Origin: Balanoglossus misakiensis
Lineage: Eukaryota > Animalia > Hemichordata
Direction: 5' to 3'
Assembly (NCBI GenBank): GCA_040954595.2
Contig: CM082578.2
Span: 2,524,831 to 2,588,830, forward strand
DNA: 64,000 bases
Shown: positions 23,720 through 35,736 of the stretch, piece by piece
Layout of the letters: each line of letters opens with the position of its first letter
How positions within the stretch are numbered: the first letter of the stretch is position 1
Program-made: the position numbers and the translations under genes
The notes under the pieces: model-generated
What the model saw: the letters and a program-made list of their open reading frames with translations, nothing else
Database searches by the model: none
What the model was told of the DNA's origin: nothing

Positions 23720-25076
23720 TCAACTGTGGTATCTCAGGTAGTGCTTCCGGAGGTTGGATCGGTGTCCGAAACTGGCCCCGCACACGGAGCAGTCGAAAGG
23801 TCTTTCTCCGGTGTGAACTCTGCGGTGGGCGTTGAGGTTGGACCGGTCGCTGAAACGTTTATTGCACATAAGACATTGAAAAGGTTTTTTCTCTGGTGTG
23901 CGTCCTGGTGTGCGAGATCAACCGGTTGCGGAATTTGAACGCTTTTCCGCATACGGCGCACTGGAAAGGGGTCTCTCCGGTGTGGATATGGAATCTCTGG
24001 TGGGCAACCAGGCTTTCCTTGTTGTTGAATTTCTCCCGACAGTCCTTGCATTCAACGGTGTTTTTCTGCGCACCCTTGGTGTGACTTTTCAAGTGGGCTA
24101 GAAGCCGACTTCTGTTGTCAAACCCTGCTGAGCATAGATTACACACAAAGTATCTTCCTTTCAAGGATCTTTTCTTGTTGTAGCCAGCAACGGATAACAG
24201 TCTGAGTTTTGACTTCCAGGCTTTTGGAACTTTTGCAGTGTTGGCTGTGGGTCTGAATTGTTGGATGTTTTGTTTAGGCCGTGTCAGTGCCTGGGAGGTC
24301 TCAGAAGGGGGGATGAAGATTTGCGAGCTGTCAGATTCTGCTTCTATTTCCACATTCACGCGGTCTGCCTCGGTCGTTTCACCAACACGTGACACTGATG
24401 GCCCCTCGGGGTTACACATATACACAATCTCGTCCCCAGGGCTTTCCTCTTTGATGACAATCTCATCTTTGCTCTCCTTCTCATCCACACTTTGCGAGAT
24501 TTCCGATTGGGTGACATTCTCCAGACACTGAGCTGGGAAAGAGACACTCTCCACAAAACTGACGTCTCCGAGAGCGCGTGAACTTCCTTCGCCACCGTGT
24601 CGATCCAACACTGCATTGTCAATTCCGACATTTGGATACAGTTTCAAGTTCTCTCGATTTGAATTTCCTGACTGTTCATCGATGGTGTCAAAATTATCCA
24701 CAATGTCTCTCATATTCTCAAAATTCTGGCCGGTTATTGCTGTCGAGCTCGGTTGGCAATTTCTGGTATCGACATCCAAACTGTCACAGTGTCTCGCTTC
24801 ATTTTCGTGTTGTCTCATTTCCGAGTCAACAGCAATGCTTTTAACATCAGTGATTCCCATGTTAGTTTCCGGCACCACAGAATACATGCCATCGTCATGG
24901 TGACACACTCTTTCGTTGGTGTTTCCATGGTACTGGCTTTCAGGGCGTGGCAATTGGCTGGTCGTCACTTCCAGAGAGATGGCACCACTTTCAAATAGGA
25001 AGTTGACCGGGGTCGATTTTTCTGTCAAATACACAGGAATACCGATTAAGAAGCCTTTTATACCCCTCGTTGGCAT
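23720..25076 (-). CDS. C2H2 zinc-finger protein (5 fingers) with a 1-nt frameshift in a homopolymer
   Basis: Three fingers in ORF 23859-25076; removing one base from the T6 run at 23885-23890 gives [56 protein letters not shown]. Confidence 0.85.
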
Positions 25077-26024
25077 GATTCAACTGTTGTCATGTAATTT
25101 GCAGACTTTTAGCATTCTTACATTTCTTCTGCCTATATCCTTAAGAAGTCTAACTTTTGCACGTACATTCATTAAAGGTATACGGACACCCCTAGTTTAC
25201 ATATGCCCATATATGGCTGAAATAGCATATTTGAGTGCTCTAGAGAATATATGATCTCTTTTGTTTGCGTGTGCTACACAGTCTTTGATTGGTTAGATCT
25301 CCATTTGCCATGGTAACTGTAGCTATATTTGCATACATGTAGGTGACCGTACCGGTATACCTTTAATATTTATAATTATTAACAGGGTGACGCCGCAGAA
25401 CACGATGAATGACCTTTCGTGCGTTGAGACCCAATTTGAAACAAGGGAACGATTTTAATCTCGAGTTCACAGATGAAGATATACATGTAGGACACAAGTT
25501 TTTATGCTAACGGAAACACTAATTAACCTATAATGGTTCAGTCCAAAGCCACTGTTTTCTATGGTTAAGTTGGACCTCTAAAGAGGGAAATAGGGGTTAG
25601 GAACATAAGCTTTGCAAATTACGTGGCCTATTATTCCTTTAATTCAACTGCTCTAATAACAAGAGTGAAGGGTACGTTTTATTATTAGCTGCAGCAAAAT
25701 TTCTCAAATTTAATTCAGCTATTGCGAGTATTAAAGGTAATACTAGCCCGGAGACGCGGGCTTTACACGGGCTTTGGTCTAGGGGAAAAGGAACGCCCGG
25801 GGACAGTCTCTATTTACGCACCGAATTCTGTGCGCAGAACGACACGGGTGGTAAATCTTGTGTGTAAGCTAATTGGTCACTCAATGTAACAATGTGTAAA
25901 CCAGATGACATCATCGCATTCTAAATAAGGAAATAGAGGTGGAGTCACCAAGTATGTTATCAAAAGTTAATTTACATAACTAGATAACACAAATTCATTG
26001 TTCACTCCGATATTGGCGTTGATC

Positions 26025-28903
26025 ATGGCCATGGCTAGCGATTCCTCGTTTAAACTGGAAGTACGTGCTGCTTCTACGCAGTTTTTAGAAACTGTGCCAT
26101 CTATCAAAGCTCTAAAGAGTGAGCAAGAAGTGGCCTTACTTTCATTTCTAAGCGGGGAAGACACATGTTGTGTTCTCCCAACGGGGTTCGGCAAGTCAAT
26201 TGTTTACCAAATGGCCGCAAGGATCGCGGCAACGATAGATCGCAAGAACGTTAGTGGACTTCCCAGACATTTGGAAGGCGCTTCAAAACCGGTCGTGTTG
26301 GTGATCAGCCCACTCAACGCACTCATCGAGGACCAAGTCCGGAGCTGCGAGAACATTGGGCTGAGAGCCACACGACTTGGAGATGACGACTTTGGCGTTG
26401 CCGAGGGACATTATGAACTTGTCTTTGGCAATCCGGAACAATGGATGACGCCCAAATATATCGACATCATCAGAAGTGAAGTCTACCAAAAAAATGTAAT
26501 CGGCATTGTGACCGATGAGGCACACAAGACATTTAAATGGTAGGTTTAATCATAATTGTGTATACCCACGTTGACACTACTATTGTTTTTATAATTTTAC
26601 TATTTACTTGTTGGCCGAACACGACACTGAGAAATTGATTGTCTGACGATTATTTTAATAATGTATACACACTGTATATTTATTCCATGTATGTGAAGCA
26701 AAACATATATTGCAAGAAATCGGGGGGGGGGGGGAATCGGTGAAATAAACTGAAAAGGTGAAATTGCCTGTTTGTTCGGCAATGTTTTTTAAGACACATG
26801 CTGAAAACTTTTTTTCTTTCCTTGCTTGAGATGCCTTGAGTTTTTTTTTTTTCGGGGGGGGGGGGGTTGCTACTCTCAAAACTCCTGTGCTTTGACATCC
26901 CATTCGGCAGTAAATTTGAGTATTATTGTAGTGTCCCAATTCGCCTTTCAAATTATTATATTTTGTCATGGAAATGATACTTCACTGCATGAATTAGATA
27001 TAAAAAAAATCATGAAATTTAAGAAATTGAATGTAGGACATCCAAGGCCAGGATGGGGCTAGAGAAGCTTATGAATTTTTTGTGTTGTGGCTTTTTGTAT
27101 TATTCCTGAGCTATTTTATTTACTCAACACCTCTTTTCTTTCACAGGGGTTGTGGTATAGGAAGAGAAGAAGCATTCCGAAAAGCATTTTCACAGTTAGG
27201 AGAGTTGAGATCTCTATGTAAAGAGGGTAAGTTTAATGTTTTGAATGCCATGTTACAATGACATCTCATGGCTTCATCTTGCGAATCAAATTGTTAAAAC
27301 AAAAAGTTAATATCCCATATGTTAAATTCACCAATAAATATTTAAATTATAATTATTATAATTAAATTATTACCAGAATATTTAAATTATTTTCTTTATA
27401 TTACAAAGCACTATGTACTGAAAGTACACAATATTTATGCTATGCACATGAATACTTGGTTCCAAAGTCACAACAGTGTTCTGCATTCATTGATTTAAAT
27501 TGAAGATGTAAGAAAAGTCTTGCTGGATTGTTTTCTGAACTTTTGTATAGGTGTGCAATTGTTAATCTATCAAACAAACACCTGTTTTTAAATAGACAAG
27601 TGACAGATGCTACATTTTTTGACCAGTTTAGTGATAAATATCTGACCACATTTTGATGACCTGTATATTTTATGTTGCAGGAACTCCAGTTTTAGCTGTT
27701 ACTGCAACAGCAGACCAAGAAACAAAAAAAAAGATAATGAAGATTTTGCACCTGCGAAAACCAACAGTCGTTGAAGTTAGTCCAAACAGAAGTAACATCA
27801 GACTCAGTGTTATCCGGATTCAATGTGACAGATATGAGTGTTTTAATTGGCTCGTTGACATGATCAAAGAACGAGGTGTTAATACAGAACAGTGTATAAT
27901 TTATTGTAAGTCTATTAAGGATATAGGAAAAGTTTTCAATCAACTCAAGATACTTTTAGGAGATAAATTCTATGCTGATGGAGTAAAATCACCTGAGAAT
28001 AAGCTAATTGGTATCTATCATAGTAACACTTTACATAAATATAAACAAAGAGTTGTTTCTTCTTTTCAAAATAACGGGCCATGTAGAGTTGTTGTAGCAA
28101 CAACAGCTTTGGGTATGGGTTTAAATTTTCCCCATGTCCGATACATAATCAACTATGGGCCACCAGCACAGCTTGATGATTTGGTGCAACAAATAGGTAG
28201 AGCTGGTAGAGATGGTATGGAGTCACATGCTATTTTATACTTTTATCCACAACAGTTTGTTAAGTGTGAAGAGAGTATGAAAGCTTATTGTGCTAACAAA
28301 TCAGAATCATGTCTACGAGTTGCATTATTTTCAAATTTTGAATCAAATGCTTCAGGTGTGACACCATTGCACACATGTTGTTCTGCTTGTCAGCTTAAGT
28401 GTACATGCTCAGAAAACTGTCCAAATGAAATTCCTCTGTTTGAGCTTACACCGCCCACAATCAATTGTCATGCATCGCTACAAAGAAGTGTCACTGATGA
28501 TAATAAGCAACTATTAAGAGAAGTACTGTATGATTTCAAGGCAACTCTGCACCGAGAGAAAACGTTTACCCCAGTGGAGGCTGCAACTGGATTTGATGAG
28601 AAATTAATTGACTCAATTTTAGTGAACTGTGACAGAATATTGAGTGTTGAAGATATCATGACACTCTTGCCTGTTTTCAATATCAGCCATGCTAAGCACA
28701 TTTTAATTATAATTAATGATATTTTTGAAGATATTGCTCAGATTGAAGACATGATACATTTTTTAGAGTCTGATAATATTGATGAACAAGACATTGATAT
28801 CAGTTATGCTACATACTACGATGAGGACAGTAATGAAAGTGAAGACAGTGACTCTTTTTATTCCACAGATGATGAAAGTGAAGTCATATCACATGTGAAT
28901 TAG
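26025..28903 (+). CDS. RecQ-like SF2 DEAH helicase of the transposon; exons 26025-26539, 27147-27226, 27681-28903
   Basis: LPTGFGKS, VISPLNALIEDQ, DEAH, WG..FRKAFSQLGELRS across exon 2, VTATA, ATTALGMGLN, QQIGRAGRDG, Cys-rich RQC-like CLR..CCSAC; GT-AG junctions keep the frame. Confidence 0.93.
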
Positions 28904-29423
28904 TATTGTGGTAGAAAATTATAATGAAAGTAAATACTAGTACATGTAGTACAAACATTTCTTTATTTTCCACGACATATGCAAAGCTTTACTGACAAGA
29001 AAAACAAGAAAACAGCTCTCTAAAAATGTACTTCACATACAAACTTGAGAGTAAAGTGATTGGGTTTTTAAAATTATTGAAAAGCACATACACTTGGTAG
29101 AATTTGTTGTTTGTCATCATAATATTGTGAGTAATGCACAATATCAAGTCATACACTCCATGAAGTGAAACTTATCTAGTTCAGGTACCATGCCAAAAAA
29201 CAAAAGTTAACAGAATGAGAACAATTTCAATAACTTCTCTTGTTCTTAAACATGTCCTTACCAACCATTACGGTGTTTATAAATAGCACTCATGAATATA
29301 ATACAGATTTCAAAGAAGACTAAGGTTCAACAAACCTGTACATTTGTATATACATGTTGTATTCTTTTTTATACATGGTAAAATAAAGAATACATTTAAC
29401 CGTATTTCACTGTACTGTCCTTT

Positions 29424-30622
29424 CTACACAGCACCTTCATAAACACTTTGCCAGAACTTAACTTTGTCCCTTATCCATTGCCAAAAATCACTGTAATTCA
29501 ACTTACTAATCAAGTTACGTCTGAAATTGCTAAACTTGGCCAACTTTCTCCCAGGTGAGACTTTGACTGCACCAACGGAGTTTAGCTCATTGACCAAATG
29601 TAACACATCTGATTGGAATGACTGTGTGTGATGACCAGATGCCTTTGCGGAGATACCGATTTCCTCATCCATGGCTGACAATGTGTCGTGCATGCATGCA
29701 AGACTTTTACTTATTCTGTCGGCCGAGGTCTCATTTAGATTGGAACCCAGACCTTTCAAGAAAGACTTCAAAAACTTGTTCATGTGTTCCAATCTCAAAT
29801 CAAGTGGTATATTCCTTCCTTTGAGTCCTCTTGTGTTGACAAATCTGTTCCATATTAAGGCATGGCTCTTCCCACTTGGCAGAAGACACTGTATTTGGAC
29901 AAATGTCAAAAGTAGTGTGTACGCATACTTAGTATGGCCATGTGCCTTATAGTACAATAGAGCAACTCTATAACAGCGAAACAGTCGCTCACCGTCACCT
30001 TCTCTTATTGCGTCATGCATATTTCTTAGCAGTACTCCAAAACTAAGTCGTGCCAGGGAATAATTATGTAAATCATCTTTAATGTCAGTATTTACAGAAT
30101 GGGCAGTATGGGTTGTGTGTAATTCAAGATTATGTACCATCTTTTCATGATTAGCCCTAACCTTTTGGTACACATATGACTTAGTGCATTCTGGGAATCG
30201 ACATTTATACCTATCCTGACTTTCAGTCTCTCTTAATCTCACCCCTTCCACTAAATTTGATAATAAGGCAGACTCTTCATTCATGATGTATTTGTCGACT
30301 ATCTCAGAAGCCTTCTTATGGAGCCAGTCTCTGCGCACGTGTTTGTCTGCAGGCCTTACGAGCTCTGGTACTGGGTCATCTGTGAAATAGGTAACAGTTT
30401 TTAAAGAATGTCAATGGTGTTGAAGCACACCTATAATGAATTTTGACAACTTTTTGAAGGTATATTGATCTCCCATGTTGTGTTTGGAAAACAATTTCTT
30501 TTTGTATAAAATTTCACAATGATCCAACTAGATACTATAATATGCAATTTTATAAAATTTCTAAAAACGGCAACTTTTCTACTTCCCACTGTAGGTAATG
30601 TATTAGTGTACCTTTTTTAAAG

Positions 30623-30659
<37 letters not shown>

Positions 30660-33600
30660 ACTACATTCAAACTTTAGAAGTCCACGTCGTCCCACAACAA
30701 TGAAGATATTCACAGTAAGGGGAAATTCACACTCCATGTTCAAAGACTTTTATATTCAAATAACTACACTCCTAATTAATTCTAATGAGAAGAAATAGTT
30801 AGAAAACTAATATTATTCTTTGAACACATACCTTCAATAGTTTCCATGTGAAAGAAGTCCATACAAGCAGACAAAATGAGTGCATCAGTCTCCTTGTCAG
30901 CAAACTGCTTGTATGCATTGAAGGCTTTGTGTGGTCCTTTCTTGGCATTCGTATTTCGAATTTGGTTCATGTTGCTGGCCATAGTGCCTTTGTCTCTTGC
31001 CGAGTCTTCTTTGTAGAAGACAGAGTGGAGAATCTATTGTATGTATGACAAAAGTACATGTATTTTAAAACGTGCAGTACTCTCAATGAAAAAAACATGA
31101 ATGAACTTTGATTTTTACAACTTCTGCAATCTTATTACAATAAGTTTTTTTAAAAGACTTAGTTTGTTCACAAATAAGAACAGTTATTAGTCAGTAACAT
31201 GTCTATCATCAACAACTGACAGAAACCCTGAGGACCATTTACCTCATATAAGTTGACTACTGCATGCCAATCTGCAAATGTAGGGATCAAACCTTGAAGT
31301 CTCTCCTCTCTAGTCTCCCCATCAGTGAATGACCATTGAACATGTCTAGACCTTTCTTCTGTCAACTGGTCTCCAACGAAAAATATTGGAAACTTGTCAC
31401 TCTTTCCATCAGCATATGTGTATGGTACATACTTTTCCTGGACTTCACGTAGAATTTCCTGCATGTCACTTGATTCATTTTCATTCTTGAAAATAAGCCC
31501 CAATGGTACCTGCATGACATCATCAGAGAATTTAAAAAAAATGTTTGATAGATGGTCAGTCACTGAAGAGTTGACAGACATTTACAAAAAAATAACCAAA
31601 TATTTTTTATATAATATTGAAAGAAATTTAGAAAAAACAACTAAACAGTTTTTCACAACATTTAAGAGATTACAAGAGTGCAAATGACTTCTCTGTTGTC
31701 AGTAAATGAAAGAAAATAATTGAATTAACTTACCTGCTCAGATTTCAGTGACATCTCTTTACTGTACTTGTGAGGTATATGATGAACTACAACATCAGAG
31801 AATCCCTTGAATGCAGGCATGTACTTTACCATAACCCGTGTTATAAGTGGGATGAAGTCTCTCCGAAGTAGCTGTTGTGTGGGTATGTCTGGCAATATGT
31901 CACTAAAGGAAAACTCGCCTATTGGTTTCTGTGGTTGCAATGATAAGGTGGTTAATGGAATTCTGTCTTTAACTGCATAAAGATGAAACCAGTGAACTGA
32001 GCGATTTTTTCTCTCCTTTGTTTGATCACGAGATGTGACGTATAAATCCAAATTATCACCGACAATTTGATAGGTGTAATGAGCTGTACTCTGAAGCTGA
32101 CAAAGTGTTGTTTCAACCATAGATGGTGTAATGACTGCATCTGTAGATTCCCAAGTACCAATTAAATTATATGTCACCTCTTCAATGATGTGGCTTGGGT
32201 ATCTCTGGAAGATATGTGACATGTCTTCTTTATTAAGCACAAAAATTGGAACTTGTTGAAGTTCATTGAAAGTTGTCACTGCAGGTAAGTTGTCGCCAGA
32301 CCTATCACAACTACCACCATCATCACCACCATCACCATCACTGACACCACCTTCAAGACCATCATTATTGTCATACAAGAAAGAAAGACCAAGGCTTTGA
32401 AGATCACTGAGCTCTACAGTATTAAACTGTGTACTGCACTGGTTACTGAAGTGCCTTGGTTGATGTGAGGTTCCAAGTTGTATTCCTGATGAATGATTCT
32501 CTTTCAGAAACTTCAACATGTCAGTGGTCATTTCCAGTGTTTGCTGATGTTTGGAAATTGCCTCCTTGAGAGAGAGTAATCCAGCATCAAAGTTATGCCC
32601 CATTTGTCCTTGTTTCCTGATGGTTGACTTATAACTTGTTGTTACGTTGAACTTGTTAAGTCTGTCAAACACCTTTTTCTCCGCATTGCCCTGCAGTAGA
32701 ATTGTGTTAATCTTGTGTGCTAGTGCAGACATATGTTGGTCCCTGCTGTTGAGACAAACTGATGCTGCCATGCATACTGCTGGTAATTTCTTATCCATAT
32801 TTGTTGGGGTGAGATTGCATGCACTTTGAAGTACTGTACTTAGAATGGGAGTGTGTGTATCAAGTTCAGATTTTAGGGTAGACAGGCTTAGTCTTCTCAT
32901 TGCCTCTGGGTTGTTTTCCTTGAGTATACTTTGGGTGGATTTTTTGCCGAGATGTATGCATTCCTCCTTTACCAATCTTGATACTTTTTCACCAATGCTT
33001 TCATTGTCAATGTGTCTTGATAGTGGTGAAAACTGTAGGTTACTAAATGTGCCTGTTGCAACATTTACTGTGCCCTTTTTATGAAGAAAAAAGGAAGAAA
33101 AATAAATCAATTCGTCTGATATCAGAATGTGGGAACAATATATGAGATTTGGGCTTGTTTAAATGGAAGGCAATGGGATGTTTGTGTAAAGTTCATGATG
33201 CAGTAAGACTGATTTGATAAGAAATTGTTTAATAGGTGGGATATATGGCATCAAACTAAAAAAATTAACTGTGAAAAGAAGTTAAAAGAAGTAATATTAA
33301 CCACACAGTAATCACACACACAAAAAAAAACATTGTTCAGTCCCTCTCCCTCTAACTACGATGTTTTTCATCATGACACCCCAGCAAAACTTTTTTTCTT
33401 GTGAATTTGAAGCAGTCTTACATTTGTGTTTTCCATGGGGGTGTTTTATTCCGCTATTGTTCAGTAATGCTGCATTCACAAACACCTCTAAATCATTGAC
33501 TGGTTAATCTAGTGTCCCAGGTGAGGGGACTTGCCCCCCCCCCCCCCATGCTAACTTTGAGCGCCGAAGGTTAAATTTGTCCTCCCCAACATACCGGTAG

Positions 33601-35181
33601 TTGAGTTAATTTGCTTTGGGGTTCATTAAATGCAGTTTTGAACTCTGTATAAAATTTTCTTACATGGGAGGGGGACACCCCCTCCCAAATCCACCCCTTC
33701 ACTTCTCGGTTTACAATGTCTCCCAACACAGAATACAAAATACTTTTAAAAAAATAGAAACAATGTTCAGTTTTAATACCCACTGATAAGGGGAAACATC
33801 AGTTTCAAATTGTTTTCATTGGAGCGCTGTTTTTCTTTTTTACAAGATAGATAGGTGATGTGTTTTGCTGTGAAAGAAAATGGGGGGGGGGATTTGAAAA
33901 TTTTAGCAGTTCGGAAGGGGGGATTTGAAAATATTTCGGGTTGTTGAGGGGGGCATGTGAAAATTAACGGTAAAAAAATTGAATTTTCCGCCCCTCCCCC
34001 CCCCCTCCAGAGGTGTTTGTGAATGCAGCCTAATTACGCCTGTGTATTAAATTAGTATGCAGATTTCGCCGTAGCTCCAACCTGGCCCAAAACTAGGCGT
34101 ACGTACAATCATACTGATCCATGGTTCAAATAATATCACCTTTCGAGCTCTCCTAGCGAAAATTACGTGTTTTGTTACTACAGCATTTAGTTACAAATTC
34201 GTCGAAACAAAACAGCCGTATGAAGCTTACATCGTTAGAAAGGGCGTTAGAAAGGACGGATTCAGTTTTGCTTTTAACATTGTTTAAGCGACAGTTTTAA
34301 CTGAAAGAACCCTGTTTACAGTTGATTCATAACTAATCCTGACATTGATGATACGATAATTTTTATGCAAAACACAGAAATCAACACGACTTTGAGCGAT
34401 CCACCACTATTCAAGGCATTCGAGTGCGCAACACATTTGCCCGGAGACCAGGGCGTCGATCTAGCTCTGCGTACAGGTCTGTGTGTTCCCGGCGTTACAC
34501 GGGAACACACAGACCTGTACGCAGAGCTAGGCGTCGATCGGGCTAGCAACACATGTACTACTATAATTTATAATATAAATAATTATAGTGCCGTTTTTGA
34601 TCGAATATGTACAATCGAAATGACTTGACAAATTACATACTTACCATTTGGTTTTCAACGTCTTTCCGTCTCGGGATCTTGCGGAACGGGGATCTTGTCG
34701 GCGTTCTTTCATATGTTACCGTCTTTGGGCCTGGTGACTGAAGAAGCGGCCTCTTTTTCTTTTTTTCCGCATTCACCCGATGCCATAGCTCCATTCTTTT
34801 TTTTGCGTACTCTAGTTTCGGCAAATCTTGCCAACACTTTCTACACATGCGGCTTGACGTTTTCAGTGACTCTTCTATACGATATCCAAGTAAATTTGAA
34901 AGTCGTACACTCAGTGGCTCTCCGGACTTTCTTCCAAATATTGAACGCACATTTCGTAGATCCGGAAATGCAACAAACTCGCCGCAGCACCTACAGTAAT
35001 CATTTGGCCGTAGTCTTCGTTTCGTTGGAGTTGAAACGAGTGTTTCAAACGGACCTTCCATGTCAGATTCACGGAATGACTGAAGGAGGACAACATGTTT
35101 TCGTCTTTCCTGTGCAATTTTATTATTCGCAACAAACTGTAAAGTTGATCTGTTTAATGATTGCGCTTCCCTTCCTGTCAT
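29424..35181 (-). CDS. Academ (DUF6589-like) DDE transposase, about 1100 aa; exons 35181-34645, 33074-31734, 31509-31243, 31033-30832, 30379-29424
   Basis: Spliced length 3303 nt, open; N-terminal CxxC..CxxC; IVGDNLD, KSEQ|VPLG..KNE, GDQLT, ADWHA, C2H2-like CRFPEC..H....H, DAIREGDGER, NRFVN, PLDLRLEHMN. Confidence 0.88.
30626..30656. repeat. (CA)n microsatellite in transposase intron 4
   Basis: Seen directly. Confidence 0.95.
33468..34030. mobile_element. PIF/Harbinger-like MITE in transposase intron 1
   Basis: TIR (G)GCTGCATTCACAAACACCTCT; TSD TAA at 33465-33467 and 34031-34033. Confidence 0.8.
34437..34545. mobile_element. Minimal AcademH-family remnant (31 bp of its own sequence) hosting a nested insertion
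   Basis: TTGCCCGGAGACCAGGGCGTCGATC...GGGCTA flanked by the 9-bp direct repeat GCAACACAT (34428-34436, 34546-34554). Confidence 0.75.
34462..34529. mobile_element. 68-bp palindromic TAG...CTA mini-element
   Basis: 30-bp arms TAGCTCTGCGTACAGGTCTGTGTGTTCCCG; 10-bp direct repeat GGCGTCGATC (34452-34461, 34530-34539); a second copy of one end at 56201-56238. Confidence 0.85.
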
Positions 35182-35736
35182 TGTTATATTCTACTGTCGT
35201 TAATTAATTCTCTACGCATATTGTAAACATATCAGCAAAAAGTAACATTTTATTTCAAAAGAAAAGAGAATTATATTTATAACCGGACCAATTATATTTC
35301 CACATCTCTCATGCAACCTAACATTCACTCAAAGACAGACAAACATAACTCACAATATTACTAGTATCCTAGACTAGTATTCAGTTTATTTAGAAATCTC
35401 ACTAGAAGCGATAATTTTATTTCGCTTTAAAATGTCTTTTCCCAAGTCGTACGGCTTCTAATGGTGAAATGTTGTTAGAATTACTGCCTTCTACCACGAT
35501 TTCACCAGATCAAAACACTGCAAAACTTCGCGATTACCAGTAGAACAAGAAACGGACCCTGATTCCCATAATGGGTCAATGTAAAAACACACTGTCAAAG
35601 CACCCTATGTTATCATGTGTGAAATTCCCGCGACGGGATGTGGGAGTGGTTTTGAAGGTATATGAATATTCATACCCAAGCTATGTTAATTATATCATCC
35701 AACCACTGGCGCCCGTCAACATTTGATAGATCACTC

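Noticed and set aside
26025-28903. Host RecQ gene (BLM/WRN/RECQL)
   Set aside because: It lies inside TIRs and a TSD opposite an Academ transposase, and lacks evident HRDC or exonuclease regions.
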